64,000 nucleotides of DNA, from NCBI GenBank assembly GCA_030390025.1, contig CM059433.1, positions 19,594,001 through 19,658,000 on the forward strand, in the 5' to 3' direction. Below the pieces are notes generated by a model. The model worked only from the letters and a program-made list of their open reading frames with translations. It did no database searches and was not told the DNA's origin. A program made the position numbers and the translations under genes. This document shows, piece after piece, positions 23,237 through 35,382 of the stretch; within the stretch, counting starts at the first letter, position 1; every line of letters begins with the position of its first letter. This DNA is from Squalus acanthias (taxonomy: Eukaryota).

Positions 23237-24967
23237 GGAGGAGAAATTAGGCTGGCGCCCAAAATGGGCGGCAAGTCAGCAAAGCGATTGCTCTCTGAGG
23301 CCCGAGTTAAATTTGGCATTGGGTCTTATTTAACGAGCTGCAGGAGTCAATCGGGCATCCTGATGCAGCTCGTGGTCAGGGCCTGATGAATTATGGCTGG
23401 CTCTGAAGCCGAGCCTGCCTGGAGGTAGGCCATAGAAGAGGAGAGGCGAAGGAGAGGGGGTCAACCTGGAAAAGCAGCGGCCCGCAGGAACATAACATAA
23501 GAACATAAGAAATAGTAGCAGGAATAGGCCATTTGGCCCTTCGAGCCTGCTCCGCCATTCAATAAGATCATGGCTGATCTTCTACCTCATCTCCACTTTT
23601 CTGAACTATCCCCATATCCATTGATTCCCTTAATATTCAAAAATCTCTGTCTTGAATATACTCAATGACTGAGCCTCCACAGCCCTTTGGGGTAGAGAAT
23701 TCCAAAGATTCACCACCCTCTGAGTGAAGAAATTTCTCCTCCTCTCAGTTTTATTCGGAGACTGTGACCCCTAGTTCTAGACTCCCCAGCCAGGGGAAAC
23801 ATCCTCCCTGCATCTACCCCGTCAATCCCTGTAAGAATTTTGTATGTTTCAATGAGATCACCTCTCATTCTTCTAAACTCCAAAGAATATAGGCCTAGTC
23901 TACTCAATCTCTCCTCATAGGACAATCCCCCCATCCCAGGAACCAGTCTGGTGAACCTTCGTTGCACTCCCTCTATGGCAAGTATATCCTTCCTTAGGTA
24001 AGGAGACCAAAACTGTACACCATACTCCAGGTGTGGTCTCACCAGGGTCCTATATAAATGCAGTAAGACGTCTTTACTCTTATACTCAAATCCTCTTGTA
24101 ATAAAGGCCAACATACCATTTGCTTTTCTAATTGCTTGCTGTACCTGCATGTTAACTTTCAGTGATTCGTGTAAAAGGACACCAAGGTCCCTCTGAACAC
24201 CAACATTTCCCAATCTCTCACCATTTAAAAAATACTCTGCTTTTCTATTTTTCCTACCAAAGTGGATAACTTCACATTTCTCCACATTATATTCCATTTG
24301 CCATGTTTTTGCCCACTCACTTAGCCTGTCTATATCCCCTTGAAGCCTCCTTGCATCCTCCTCACAACTTACATTCCCACTCAGCTTTGTATCATCAGCA
24401 AACTTGGATACCTTACATTTGGTCCCCTCATCCAAATCATTGATGTAGATTGTGAATAGCTGAGGCCCAAGCACTGATCCTTGAGGTACCCCACTAGTTA
24501 CAGTCTGCCAACCCGGAAATGACCCGTTTATTCCTACTCTCTGTTTTCTGTCCGTTAACCAATCCTCAATCCATGCTAGGAGGACCACTCCTGCTCCTCC
24601 TGGTACCACAGAAATATAAATTAAAAAAACATTTTTGAGGCTATTTCTTGAGTGGCCTCCTGCGGTCCCTTTAAGGATCGCTGGTTGGGCTGCCTAAGAC
24701 CTGGTATAACTAGACGGAGCTTATATGGCATAAGCTCTGCCCATTTGTACCTGAATTTTACATCGGGTTCTACCCCGATTTGCACATACAAGGCGCCTAA
24801 TGTCTGTTTCAGGCGGATGCCCTGGACACATAAAAGGCACCCACTTCCAATATGATGCTCGGTGACTTGCAGGGCAGATCGGGCGCGGGAGTTGCAACCT
24901 GAAATTCATCCTCCATCGCTCATTTTAACTCCAGAAACCAGGGAAAGCGAAGTTGAATTTCTCTCCC
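23237..24967. mobile_element. Harbinger-type non-autonomous element interrupted by CR1
   Basis: Imperfect TIRs GGAGGAGAAATT / AATTTCTCTCCC; GC-rich subtermini; CR1 at 23489-24577. Confidence 0.6.
23489..24577 (-). mobile_element. 5'-truncated CR1 with largely open RT C-half
   Basis: ORF 23710..24609: [31 protein letters not shown]; tail (ttcttatg)n. Confidence 0.93.
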
Positions 24968-25706
24968 AAAGCCTCTTGCTGAAAGTTAATTCCCCAAATC
25001 AACTACTCTGTAAACAAAAGAGCTTCTTCTCATTTCTAATATTGCTTGAGGGTTGTTCATTTTTATTTGCTGGTTCTGCAATAACAACGCAAGTTAAAGA
25101 GTCTGCTTACTTTTAATTATTCCTTACTCTCAGCATTTCAAAGATACGTATCTTGCCCCATTTCAGTCTTGCACAGTACAGTTCAAATATTCAATTCCCT
25201 GACTCCTCAAAATCAGAGCCCTGGTTTGAATTGTTGGTCATGTTGCAGGAACCTTTTCCAACGCAATCATGTCCTTTTGAAGATAGGGCCTATAATTCTT
25301 CTTTCATGCATCTCTCTTGGACTGAACACGTGGACAAGAGAGTTGCACTCACTATTTCAAACTTGGCTTTAGAATTGAATTAGAATATAGAGTTAAAATA
25401 ACATGTTTTGCATTGCAATCAGCTGTCCTTGAGATTCATCCCAGTGCTTGATTAGACTCGCTGATAATGGTTTCACATTGATTCAGTGACTGGTTGATAA
25501 TAAGATCCCAATCTCTCTTCTTTTGCTTTTCTACTTTTTGTTAGTGGGAACCCATTTTGTTGTGTATCATGTTACATTTAGCCACACAATTTAACATTTT
25601 TATTGTTTGATTTGAATAATCTTAGTCGGGACCCTGGATTGGTAATGGTGTTTTCCCTGTAAAGAGTGAGGAGTATTTGTGGGTAATCCCAATATGACTG
25701 GGTTTA

Positions 25707-27013
25707 TGTGGGGGGTGGTGGTTTGTGTCAGCTTCACCTCTGACTTCTGAGCGGTTCGAATTGCTCCCACTCCCTTGGTTCTAGACCTTGGACTTATTTG
25801 AGGGTTGTGACAAAAAGTGCAGCAGACAACTGGTTTTGATGCAAGAACTTTGATCTTTATTCAAGAAAGTAAAACACAACACAAACACTCTTAACACTCT
25901 AAAAGTGGGGAACACTTTGGTACAAGCGAGGGAAATAACATTAGAAGAATACCTCACCCCTCCCAATCCCACTTCACTAGCTAGGTTGGATCCTAGAGAA
26001 CCAGGGATAATGCTCACCAAACGAATCCTTGGCAGTTGAGCTGGTTCGCGGTTTCGGGATTCGCTGGATTGGATCGGGTGAGTACCCACTTTTCCTTGGT
26101 TAGAGGTAGGGTTTAGAGTCTTTTGAGTAAAAAGTTTCGTAAGGCCCTTGTTGCCGCGAGGTGTCCGATGGTCACTGAGGCGGTTGCTCTGGTCTCTTCT
26201 TGCGTGTCGGCCTGCTTCTGGAGCTACTGGCCTTCTTTGTTGAACTTCTTTCTGTTGCCCCCTCGCCTTGTTGAACTTTCTTCTTCAGAGCTGTGGAACT
26301 GCCTTCTTGCAGAACTGTGGAACTGCCTTCTGACTGCTTGTTGAACTTGTTTCTGTTGAACTGTGTACGGTTGTACTGGAGAACTCGAACTTGAACTGTT
26401 GAGAACGGGCCTTTAATTATACCCATTGAAGCTTCCTTATCTGCATGCCAAATCAAATCCCGGTCATTGTAAGATTTTGGAGGGCTCGTTAACAGTAACT
26501 GGTTTGTAAATGTGTGAAGTGATTTCGGGATAGCTCCATCCTGTCGATCGGTTGTTTAATGTGTCTTGATTGTCCTCATGTTTTGAGTTTCTTGACTGGG
26601 CCTAGAATTTCTATAGAGTAGGCCGAAGTAAATCTGTTTTATGCATGTCTTTAATGGGCTCTGTAAATTTGGGTGGAGACTGTTTTTCCTCAGGTATTGT
26701 TAGGATGTTAATGTCTGCTAGGGGCCGATTTAACTCCAAGCGAGGTCATGCGGTTCCCCAGACAGTTCCCATTAACTCCAATATCCAAACTGTCTTTACA
26801 GAGGTTGATCCCACCTTCCTTTACAGCCTTTTCTCCCTTACAAGTTCAGACATGTCTTTTAAAATACCAAATCTTGGTTTTTGCTCTAAAATGTCCTTCG
26901 GTTTTTCCCAATGCATTTCACTACCCTGTAATAGTTAGAAAAGAGTCCAAAGTCTTTTTCCTTAGGGTTTGTCTTCGAGTTTTGGGGGATCTGTGAATTT
27001 TGAGAATCTTACA
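25707..27013 (-). mobile_element. Long solo LTR (1307 bp)
   Basis: TG...CA ends (minus strand TGTAAG...CCACA); perfect 5-bp TSD GTTTA; minus-strand TATA-like TATAATTAAAG (26411-26421) and AATAAA (25856-25861). Confidence 0.8.
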
Positions 27014-27224
27014 GTTTATAATCCCATAAATTGCCCATCTGTGTAATATAATAGTTATGTCAATATTAAAATGTATGTGCCATTCGTTAGTCAAATGACT
27101 TAATTGTCCATATGTCTTTGAATTGTATCAATCCCCTCTAACCTGGTCACCTGGCTAATTATCATAGCATCAGCAGAAAATTCTATACTATCAGGACAAA
27201 TGCCCTGATCCATATTATTCATGA

Positions 27225-27341
27225 TGCGGAGATGCCGGTGTTGGACTGGGGTCCACTTGTACCTGAAGAAGGAGCAGCGCTCCGAAAGCTCGTAATTTTA
27301 AATAAAACTGTTGGACTATAACCTGGTGTTGTGCGACTTCT
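27225..27341 (+). mobile_element. 117-bp PLE-type mini insertion carrying a hammerhead ribozyme
   Basis: 14-bp TSD catattattcatga (27211-27224 / 27342-27355). Confidence 0.8.
27260..27294 (+). ncRNA. Minimal type-I hammerhead ribozyme (family 2)
   Basis: tac-CTGAAGA-a-ggagc-agc-gctcc-GAAA-gc-TC-gta: intact core, 5-bp stem II, palindromic AGCT stem III, 3-bp stem I. Confidence 0.8.
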
Positions 27342-27549
27342 CATATTATTCATGAAAAGGGTAAATAGCTGGAAACAGATCACTACTGAATTTTGCAATA
27401 TGACCCCTAATTCCTTGCTGTTTTTGACATACAATTGGCACATAATTTTTTGGGGGCTCGGAATTTGGGACCAAAGCAATTTCTGCTGGTTTTCCATCCC
27501 AAAATTAATCATAAAAACCTTCGAGATTTTACAAGGCTTTTGCTTCTAA

Positions 27550-27660
27550 GATGATAGGTTTAGATGAAGAGGGGTGTGAGGAGGCTCGAGTGGAGCATAA
27601 ACGCCGGCATCGACCAGTTGGGCCGAATGACCTGTTTCTGTGCTGTGAATTCTATGTAAC
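27550..27660 (+). mobile_element. CR1 3'UTR fragment
   Basis: gaggaggctcgagtggagcataaac..gggccgaatg..tgtgctgt..ttctatgtaa; same as 7050-7130 and 38530-38630. Confidence 0.75.
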
Positions 27661-28494
27661 CCATCAGTGCTCCTCCTTACGACCTCTGTGCTCTCAGGTG
27701 AATATCAGTGGAATCCCATGAAATGTTTTGAGCTACAAACATCAAAGCAACTGGCCGATAATTCTTGTTTCATCTCTCTCGGTCTGAATATTCTGATAAC
27801 TGTTGCAATTCGTTGGGTTATAGCAGCTGTCTGAAGGACTTAAAGAATGTTTCCCAGAGCCCTAGCTACTTCCTTGGGGATTCTGAAGTTTAATTTCTGG
27901 CCAATTTCTGACAGGTAGAAAATGGTACTTTGGCTGCAATTGTTGCTTTTAGTCATTTTCCACCGCTCTGAATCTTCCAGCCTATGTTTATTTAAGTAGA
28001 AACAATTTTCCACACAGTCAATAACACATTATACTAGATTTTCCCCATTATAAATAATTACAGCGGTAAACCACTGACTCTTGCTTAAACTCCACAGCAT
28101 AAATCTTGATGGCACAATTATATCCCTGCACTTCTGGCAATAAGCATCTTTGCAAATGTGTTTGAGAAAAATTATAGTTCTGACAAATAATTTATTTGTA
28201 CAGTACTACAATTCAACCAAACGCTAAATTAATTTGTTGGATGAAGAGAGAGCACGCATAGTATAGGAGAAGGATATTCCAGATGATTCCAGAGAATATT
28301 CAATGCTCATACATCCGTTACTTTAATGTAAAATGTGACAGAAAGACTGTCGCAGTGAAGAAAAAATACACAGGACAAAAGAGTAGCCAAGTAAGATCGG
28401 AATTTTCTAAGGCAATTTAAAAATTGTAAGCTGATCATAAGTAAATTAAGTTATATTGAATTTTTAACCTTAAAACACAGATGAAGAAGAAAAA

Positions 28495-28935
28495 GAAATA
28501 CTTTGATTTATATAGCATCTTTCACAACCTCACGACATCCCAAAGCGCTTTACAGCCAATTAAGTACTTTTGAAGCATAGTCACGGTTGTAATGTAGGAA
28601 ACGCGGCAGCCAATTTGCATACAGCGCAAACAGCAATGTTATAAATGACCAATTAATCTGCTTTAGTGACGTTGGTTGAGGGATATATATTGGTCAGGAC
28701 ACCTGCTCTTCTTCGAAATAGTGCCATGGGATCTTTTACGCCCACCTGAGAGAGCAGATGGGGCCTCGGTTTAACGTCTCATCCGAAAGCCGGCACCTCC
28801 CAAAGTGCAGCACTCCCTCAGCACTGCACTGGAGTGTCAGCCTAGACTTTGGGGCTCAAGTCCCTGGAGTGGGGCTTGAACCCAGAATCTTCTGATGAGA
28901 GGTGAGAGTGCTACCCACTGACCTACAGCTGGCAC
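28495..28935 (-). mobile_element. tRNA-derived SINE (SacSINE1/DeuSINE-like)
   Basis: Reverse complement of the copy at 49056-49522. Confidence 0.85.
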
Positions 28936-29379
28936 CTTATAGATGAATACTGCCAATAATTTTGTACATTGCCAGTTATAAGATGCAGAGTACTACAATC
29001 GAAATCAGTGCACAATCGAAATTTTAAACTATGTGACTTCATATGGAAGTATGGAAAAGTTTTTTTCCACCAATTTCACTTGCCTCTTTTGCTGTATCTG
29101 TTGACTCACGAATGTAATGTTGTTTTATGGGCATAAGTTGCCATCCTGTACTTTTCCCAAGTGGCTATTATTCATACGTGAGCCTTAACAGTGAGTGTTT
29201 GCTAGCTATTTAACTGTGAGAGCATCACAGCCAAACCTGATCCAAACCTCACCTGACATCTACAGACAAGCAGATATCCCTGGTCTCCCCTCTTTAACCT
29301 GTGGTGTTGAGGCCACTTGTAAGATCCCTAGCGCTGTCCAATCTGGAGCCTTCCTGGTCTGCATTGTATTCGGGCAAGA

Positions 29380-30260
29380 TTTGTGCACTCTCAGTCCAGT
29401 CGACCCTGCAAAGTCCTCACATCAAACATCTGGAGACTGGTGTTCAGATTGCCAGAGCTGTCCCACAGACTACAACCTGAAATAGTTATATACACAGACT
29501 CCTCTGTCTCATTCTTGGGTGGTCTCCCTGGATATATCCTTGAGTGTATCCTGCCCCAACAGTGGTATGTATTCAGATGAAATGGCACTGGGAGTCCTCA
29601 ACATTAACTCTGGACCCCATGAGGTCTCATGGCTTTAAATTGAACAAGACTAAAGAAACCTCCTGTTGATGAACACCTAGTGCTCACTCCTCAGCTGGTG
29701 AATCAGTATTCCTACATGTTGAACACCTATTGGAGAAGCACGAGGGAAGCAAGGTGATAGGGGACTTCAATTTACACTATCAAGACTGACTCAGTAGTAC
29801 TATCAGAGTGGGCTTGTACCAGGTGGTGAGGGCCAACACAAAGGCATAAACTAATTGATCTTGTTCGAGCCAACCTACCTGTCGCAGACACATCTATCCA
29901 TGGTAGCATTGGTAGGAAAGCAGTCTCGTGAAGACAGAGTGTCGACTCACGGTTTTGTGTGGCATTACTAATTGAGACAGTCTAAGGACAGATCTAGTAG
30001 TCGAAAACTGTGCATCCATAAGGTACTGTGGGCCATCTGCAGCAGGAGAATTGTATGCCACTACAATCTGTAACCTATGGCTGGCACATCTCTCACTCCT
30101 TGATCACCACCAAACAGGGAGACTAACCCAGGTTCAGTGGGGATTGTAGAAGGGTGTCCTAGGAGCATCACCAGACATACCTTGAATGAAGTGCCAACCT
30201 AGTGAGGCTACAACCCCGGGCTACCTGCATGCTGTACACCGAAAGCAACATGCTATAGTC
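29380..30260 (+). mobile_element. Degenerate APE-endonuclease region of the second CR1-group LINE family
   Basis: Remnants resembling QPEIVI.T.S, SGPHEVSW, GDFN, LDL...NLP; many stops. Confidence 0.6.
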
Positions 30261-30363
30261 TGATACAAAAGCAAAATACTGCAGATGCTGGAAATCTAAA
30301 ATAAAAACAGAAAATGCTGGAGATACTCAGCAGGTCAGGCATCATCTGTGGAGAGAGAAACAG

Positions 30364-30400
30364 AGTTAACGTTTCAGGTCGATGACCCTTCATCAGAACT
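30364..30400 (-). ncRNA. Minimal type-I hammerhead ribozyme (PLE family 1), intact core
   Basis: Minus strand agtt-CTGATGA-a-gggtc-atc-gacct-GAAA-cg-TT-aact. Confidence 0.8.
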
Positions 30401-30507
30401 GGAAAAAGTTGGAGATGTAACAGGTTTTTAAGCAAGTGTAGGGGCAGGGAGAGGGGGGATGGGAGGAGAGGAAAGAACAAAAGGGAAGGTCTGTGATAGG
30501 ATGGAAG

Positions 30508-32790
30508 AACATAAGAAATAGGAGCAGGAGTAGGCCATTCGGCCCTTCGAGCCTGCTCTGCCATTCAATGAGATCATGGCTGATCTTCTGCCTCAACTCC
30601 ATTCACTGGCCCTATCGCCATATCCCTTGATGCCCTTACTAGTCAGAAATCTATCGACTTCTGTTTTGAATATACCCAATGACTGAGCCTCCACAACCCT
30701 CTGGGGTAGTGAATTCCAAAGATTCACCACCCTCTGTGTGAAGAAATTTCTTCTCATCTCAGTCCTGAATGGTCTACCCTTTATCTTGAGGCTGTGGCTC
30801 CTGGTTCTAGACTCCCCAGCTAAGGGAAACATTCTCCCAGCATCCATCCTATCAAGCCCTGTAATAATTTTGTATGCTTCAATGAGATCCCCTCTCATTC
30901 TTCTGAATTCAAGAGAATACAGGCCTAGTTTACTCAATCTCTTCTCATACGACAGTCCCGCCATCCCAGGAATCAATCTCATGAACCTTCGTTGCACTCC
31001 CTCTATGGCAAGTATATCCTTCCTTAGGTAAGGAGACCAAAATTGTATACAGTATTACAGGTGTGGTCTCACCAAGACCCTATATAATTGGAGTAAGACT
31101 TTTTTACTCCTGTACTCAAATCCTCTTGTAATGAAGGCCAGCATACCATTTGCCTTCCTAATGGCTTGCTGCACCTGCACATTCACTTTCACTGACTCAT
31201 GTACAAGGACACCCAGGTCCCTTTGAGCATCTGCATTCCCCAATCTTTCACCATTTAGGAAACACTCTGCCTTTCTGTTTTTTCTACCAAAGTGGATAAC
31301 TTCACATTTATCCACATTATATTCCATCTGCCATGTTCTCGCCCACTCACTGAGCCTGCCGAGATCCCCTTGAAGCCTCTTCACATCCTCTTCGCAACTG
31401 ACACTGCCACCTAGCTTTGTATCAGCAGCAAATTTGGAAATGTTACATTTAGTCCCTCATCCAAATCATTGATATAGATTGTGAATAGCTGGGGCCCAAG
31501 CACCGATCCTTGCGGTACCCCACTAGTCACAGCCTACCATCCTGAAAAAGACCCGTTTATCCCTACTCTTTGTTTTCTGTCTGTTAACCAATTCTCAATC
31601 CATGCTAGTATATTACCCCCAATTCCATGTGCCCTAATTTTGTTCACCAACCTCTTGTGTGGGACCTTATCGAAGGCCTTCTGAAAATCAAGATACACCA
31701 CATCTACCGGTTCCCCTTTGTCTACTCCACTAGTTACATCCTCAAAGAACTCCAATAGGTTTGTCAAACAGGATTTCCCTTTCATAAATCCATGTTGACT
31801 CTGCCCAATCTTACTATTAGTTTCTAAGTGCCCAGTTATTGCATCCTTTATAATAGATTCCAGCATTTTCCCAACTACTGATGTGAGGCTAACAGGTCTG
31901 TAATTTCCCGTTTTCTCTCTCCCTCCTTTCTTAAATAGCAGGGTTACATTTGCTATCCTCCAATCTGCAGGAACTGTTCCAGAATCTACAGAATTTTGGA
32001 AGATGACAACCAATGCATCCACTATTCCAATGGCCACCTCTTTCAAAACCCTAGGATATAGGTCATCCGGTACTTGGGATTTATCGACTTTTAGTCCCAT
32101 TAATTTTGCTAGTACTGTTTTTTTACTAATAATAATTTCTTTAAGTTCCTCATTCTCGTCACTCCCTTGGTTTTCTCGTATTTCTGGGAGGTTTTTTGTG
32201 TCTTCCTCCTTGAAGACAGAAACAAAGTATTTATTTCATTTCTCTGCCATTTCCTCATTCCCCATTATAAATTCTCCCGTCTCTGACTGAAAAGGACCTA
32301 CATTTACCTTCGCCAGTCTTTTCCTTTTCACATACCTATAGAAGCTTTTACAATCTGTTTTTATATTTTTCGCTAGTTTGTGCTCATATTCCATTTTCCC
32401 TTTCTTTATCAATTTCTTGGTCCCCCTTTGCTGATTTCTAAATAGATCCCAATCCTCAGGCTGACCGCTTTTTCTGGCAACTTTATAAGCTTCGTCCTTT
32501 GACTTAATACTAGCTTTAATTTCTTTTGTTAGCCATGGTTGGATCACTTTTTCTTTTGGGTTTTTATGCCCTAGAGGAATATATGTTTGTTGCAAATTAT
32601 GCATTATTTCCTTGAATGTTAGCCATTGTATGTCCACCTTCATTCCTTTTAGTGTAGTCTCTCAATCTACCATGGCCAACTTGTCCCTCATACCCTTGTA
32701 GTTTCCTCTGTTTAGATTGAAGACCTTAGTTTCAGATTGGACTGCATCACTCTCAAACTTAATGTAAAATTCAATCATATTATGGTCACT
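30508..32790 (-). mobile_element. 5'-truncated CR1 (2.3 kb, several stops/frameshifts) inserted in PLE pLTR
   Basis: ORFs 32236..32643, 31534..32100, 31055..31384, 30593..30997 tile CR1 ORF2; PLE sequence gataggatggaag | gagatta resumes across it. Confidence 0.93.
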
Positions 32791-33910
32791 TGAGATTAAG
32801 AGACAAAAGGGATTATGGTGCAAGGCAAAAGGAGATGGTAATGGGACAAGTTAAGAAACAAAAGATGACTCTAGATGAAGTGTAAATGGCAATGGCAGAA
32901 TCATCAACAGCTGCCATATGAGAGAGAGAAAAATGATAGAGGCAGAGGTTATGGTCTGAAATTGTTGAACTCGATGTTGAGTCAGAAGGCTGTAAAGTGC
33001 CTAATAGAAAGATGAGGTGCTGTTCCTCGAGCTTACGTTGAGCTTCATTGGAACAGTTTAAGAGGCCGAGGACGGAGAGGTCAGAGTGGGAGTGGAATGG
33101 AGAATTAAAGTGACAGGCGACTGGAAGCTCGGGGTCACCCTTACGGACTGAACAGAGGTGTTCCGCAAAGTGATCACCCAATCTGCGTTTGGTCTCCCCA
33201 CTGTAGAGGGAACCGCATTGTGAGCAGCGAATACAGTATACTAAATTGCAAGAAGTACAAGTAAATCGCTGTTTCACCTGGAAGGAGTGTTTTGGGCCCT
33301 GGACAGTCGGAAGGGAGCAGGTAAAAGGGCAGGTGTTGCGCAAACCATGTGAACCATTGCTTCCAATTTTCACCCTTCCCTCACCTTCACATGGTCCATC
33401 TCCGACTCTTCCCTTCCCTTCCTCGACTTCTCTGTCTCCATCTCTGGGGATAGGCTATTGACAACCATTCACCAAGATCCCACTGACTCCCACAGCTACC
33501 TGGGCTACACTTCCTCCCACCTGGCTTCCTGTAAGGACTCTATTCCATTCTCCCAGTTTCTCCGTCTCTGCCGCATCTGCTCTGACGATGCCACCTTCCA
33601 TACTAGTGCTTCCGACATGTCTTCCTTTTTCCTCAACCGACGATTCCCCTCTACCATGGTTGACATGGCCCTTGACCGTGTCCCGCACTTCTGCTCTCAC
33701 CCCTTCCCCTCCCTCCCGGAACCACGATAGGGTTCCCCTTGTCCTCACCTTTCACCCCACCAGCCTCCACCATTTCCGCCACCTCCAGCATGATCCCACC
33801 ACCAAATACATCTTCCCCACACCTCCCCTTCCAGCATTCTGAAGGGACTGCTCCCTCCGCGACACCCTTCCAGGTGAAACAGCGATTTACTTGTACTTCT
33901 TGCAATTTAG

Positions 33911-34595
33911 ATGTGGGTGTCGCTGGCAAGGCCAGCATTTTCCCCCCATCCCTAATTGCCCTGGAGAAGGTGCTGGTGAGCCGCTTTCTTGAACCGCTGC
34001 AGTCCTTGTGGTGTTAGGGAGGGAGTTCCATGATTTTGAACCAGTGACGATGAAAGAACGGCGATATATTTCCAAGTCCGGATTATGGTATCTTGGAGGG
34101 GAACTTGGAGGTGATGGTGTTCCTACGTGCCTGCTACTCTTGTCCTTCTAGGTGGGAGAGTTTGCGGGTTTGGGAGGTGCTGCCAAAGAAGCCTTGGTGA
34201 GTTGCTGCAGTGCATCTTGTAGATGGTACACACTGCAGGCACGGTATGTCGCTGGTGGAGGGAGTGAATGTTTAAAGTGGTGGATGGAGTGCCAATCAAG
34301 CGGGCTGCTTTGTCCAGGATGGTGTCGAGCTTCTTGAGTGTTGTTGGAGCTACACTCATCCAGGCTAGTGGAGAGTATTCCATCACACTCCTGACTTGTG
34401 CCTTGTAACACTCCAGGATGTTGATGGCGGGAATTCGGCGATGGTAATGCAGTTGAATGTCAAGGTGCGGTGGTTAGACTCTCACTTGTTGGAGTTAGTC
34501 ATTGCCTGGCACTTGTGTGGCATGAATGTTACTTGCCACTTATCAGCCCAAACCTGAATGTCGTCCAGGGCATGGACTGCCTCATTATCTGAGGA
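33911..34595 (-). mobile_element. 3' fragment of second CR1-group LINE family
   Basis: MEYSPLAWMS..LDTILDKAARLIG..HSLHQRHTV; WADKWQVTF.PHKCQ. Confidence 0.8.
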
Positions 34596-35010
34596 AGTGA
34601 TATCCTTTACCCATCGCTGGTTGCAAAAACGATTGTCTATCCTCCTGACTATCGAATCCCCTATGACCACTGCATTTGTACACTTCGCTGTGCCCCCCTG
34701 TGCAGGCATTTTCCCCACAGTGCCATGGATGCGCTGTTGACCACACTCCCCAAGGTGTTGTCACCCTCACTGAAGTCTAGTTTGACAATGCCACACTCCC
34801 GGAGGATTCCTGCACTGCCAACCTCTTCCTACCCTGCCGGATGACCATCCCCTTGCTGTCCTCCTGGACTCTGTGTTGCTGCAGTGTGACCACCTCCAGG
34901 AAATTCTCAGCCTCCCGTATGCCCTCCAATGACTCCAACCGTTCAGAAACCCTGAGCTTGAGTTCGAGCAACTGGAGGCACTTCCTGCACATGTCGTTAT
35001 CCAGGACATA
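34596..35010 (-). mobile_element. CR1 ORF1 remnant (Zn-finger/coiled coil plus SGNH esterase motif)
   Basis: CRKCLQLLELKLRVSE, VALSN, VVIGDSIVRRIDNRFC. Confidence 0.75.
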
Positions 35011-35172
35011 TATATAGATGTTTTTAGTTTAGTATCCCCTTACTCCTATTTATTATTTACTGATTTATGCATGCCAGATTTTTATTTAATGCAGTTCAGA
35101 TCCCTTTAATGTTGGTATCCTCTACTTAGTTAATTTTAAAATCATAGCCGCATCTGTCCTGTTCAATTCCAA

Positions 35173-35382
35173 TGGGATCTTTTATGTTCACCTGAGAGGG
35201 CAGACAAAGCTTCTGTTTAGCATCTCATTCAAAAGACGGCACCTCTGACAGTGCAGTGCTCTGTCAGTACTGTACTGAAATGTCAGCCTGGATTATGTAC
35301 TCAAATCTGTGGAGGGGGACTATGAACCCACAGCCTTCTGACTCAGAGGCAAGTGTGCTACCAACTGAGCCAGGGCTGACAC
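35173..35382 (-). mobile_element. Partial tRNA-SINE (5' half)
   Basis: Matches the 5' part of 49056-49270 in reverse. Confidence 0.75.

Larger units (their letters stand above)
30264..33910 (-). mobile_element. Rearranged PLE: pLTR 30264-30507 and ORF 3' end 32791-33340 (minus), then inverted RT segment 33341-33910 (plus); split by CR1
   Basis: GIY-YIG VYCIRCSQCGSLYSGET; plus-strand PTDSHSYL..SIPFSQFLRL; homologous to 60606-62622. Confidence 0.88.

Noticed and set aside
29090..29375. Possible ancient SINE (similar stretch at ~55770-55900)
   Set aside because: Too degenerate to define boundaries or family by eye.
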